A stretch of 26,740 nucleotides of DNA from an uncultured Methanosarcinales archaeon (lineage in GTDB: Archaea; Nanobdellota; Nanobdellia; Woesearchaeales; GW2011-AR9), in NCBI GenBank assembly GCA_964344235.1, contig CAYFMJ010000010.1, positions 1 to 26,740 of the forward strand. Reading direction: 5' to 3'. Of the stretch, positions 25,772 to 26,740 are shown piece after piece; position 1 is the first letter of the stretch; every line of letters starts with the position of its first letter. The notes under the pieces were generated by a model. That model was not told the DNA's origin and did not search any database. It saw only the letters and a list, made by a program, of their open reading frames with translations. The translations under genes were made by a program, and so were the position numbers.

Positions 25772-26200
25772 ATGAAAGCGTCGTACAAATTTATTGACCA
25801 CACAGCAGATGTTCTGTTTGAAGCGGAAGCTCCTACACTGCCTGAATTATTTGCGCAATGTGGCTTGGCGTTAGAAGATACGCAGGTTGATGTAACGTTA
25901 ATTGAGGCAAAGGAAACAGTTGAAATTACTGGGAAGAATGCGAAAATTGACAGGTTACTATTTGATTTTTTAGATGATGTATTATACCACAAAGATGCGG
26001 ACTTATTAATTTTTAACCAGTTTGATATTACTATTGATGAAGATGGTGGCGAGTATAGTTTGAAATGTACTGCACATGGCGAAAAGTTGGACCATTCGAA
26101 ACATGATCCCAAAGTTGATGTGAAAGCAATTACGATGCATTTGTTTGAAGTGTCTGAGATTGCAGGTGGTTGGAAAGCAAAAGTGTTGGTAGATATTTGA
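25772..26200 (+). CDS. Archease (RtcB tRNA-ligase activator)
   Basis: YKFIDHTADV N-terminal motif, VKAITMH and KVLVDI C-terminus. Confidence 0.96.
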   Translation: MKASYKFIDHTADVLFEAEAPTLPELFAQCGLALEDTQVDVTLIEAKETVEITGKNAKIDRLLFDFLDDVLYHKDADLLIFNQFDITIDEDGGEYSLKCTAHGEKLDHSKHDPKVDVKAITMHLFEVSEIAGGWKAKVLVDI

Positions 26201-26209
26201 GGTGGAAAA

Positions 26210-26329
26210 ATGAAAGTTGCGGCGGTATATGGTTCTGTGAGGAAAGCACGTGTGGGAAAGTTTTTAGATGAGTTGGAGTGGTATGCGAAAGCGTGTAAAG
26301 CACAGAGAAAGAAGGGTGTGCCGTATTAG
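26210..26329 (+). pseudogene. 39-codon remnant of an NADPH-dependent FMN reductase (N- and C-termini joined in frame)
   Basis: SD GAGGTGG at 26199-26205. MKVAAVYGSVRKARVG resembles the flavin-phosphate-binding N-terminus (GSxR), and KFLDELEWYAKACK resembles the terminal helix of the family. Confidence 0.7.
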
Positions 26330-26667
26330 TGATATGTTGGTGTGGTGTATGAGCTTTGTATTTTTGGTTTGTAGGCATTAAGTGATGTGGAGATGTCAGA
26401 ATAGAACCCTAATTTTTCTGCAACCGGCGTTGAACCAATGTTATAGTTTCCGGTTGTCAATCTTGACGTTATATCTGTTCCTCGCCCTGCGTAAGAAAAG
26501 CTTGCTTCAGGAGCTCCAAGGAGTTCGCCACTTCTGATCCGTCTAAAGTAATCATCCTCAATCTGTGGCGGGGCAATTGTTGCAGCCTCTCTATGGTCTC
26601 TGTAGAGAGTTCTTCGAATATGCTCGCTTTCATGTGCGGTACTTGTATTTGAGACGCTTAGGTACAT
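26326..26667 (-). CDS. Hypothetical 113-aa protein next to the right inverted repeat
   Basis: Open frame filling otherwise empty sequence. No recognised motif and no TATA at the usual spacing. Confidence 0.4.
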   Translation of the reverse strand: MYLSVSNTSTAHESEHIRRTLYRDHREAATIAPPQIEDDYFRRIRSGELLGAPEASFSYAGRGTDITSRLTTGNYNIGSTPVAEKLGFYSDISTSLNAYKPKIQSSYTTPTYH

Positions 26668-26687
26668 AATGTATGATAATACTTTTA

Positions 26688-26740
26688 TCTAATATCCCGA
26701 AACTGCTACACAACACGAAACTACTACACATTTCTTAGCT
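26688..26740. repeat. Right copy of the 53-bp perfect inverted repeat
   Basis: Exact reverse complement of bases 1-53. Confidence 0.98.

Noticed and set aside
25678-26112. 144-aa minus-strand ORF
   Set aside because: Antisense shadow of the well-supported archease gene.
25772-26200. Archease without adjacent rtcB
   Set aside because: The two genes are often unlinked in archaea, so absence from this window is uninformative.

Overview
This is a 26.7-kb, AT-rich, gene-dense archaeal segment. TFS, a GINS subunit, Bud32, archease, a Sec11-type signal peptidase, a PGF-pre-PGF surface protein, TATA promoters and GAGGTGA-type SD motifs show it is archaeal. The small-genome style gene mix suggests a DPANN (Woesearchaeota-like) host, which is an inference. 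The first and last 53 bases of the window are a perfect inverted repeat carrying two tandem 15-bp motifs, yet no transposase, integrase or replication initiator lies inside. The left third encodes surface proteins: a frameshifted beta-helix/PGF-pre-PGF protein, a CotH kinase and a vWA lipoprotein. The rest is housekeeping, repair and RNA-processing genes, two toxin-antitoxin pairs, an ArmA/Rmt-like rRNA methyltransferase, and a DUF6293 (CARF-like) regulator divergent from a CYTH gene. Features missed or unexplained by the ORF track: (1) a ThyX-Tmk chimera lacking the ThyX RHR half and the Tmk P-loop; (2) a 39-aa FMN-reductase remnant made of the enzyme's two ends joined in frame; (3) a 27-aa small ORF with a GNRA-hairpin leader; (4) a 50-aa antitoxin; (5) a 121-nt hairpin in the predicted gins leader; (6) a 150-bp branched palindrome with GNA triloops. 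All family calls come from motif recognition by eye; no database search was run.
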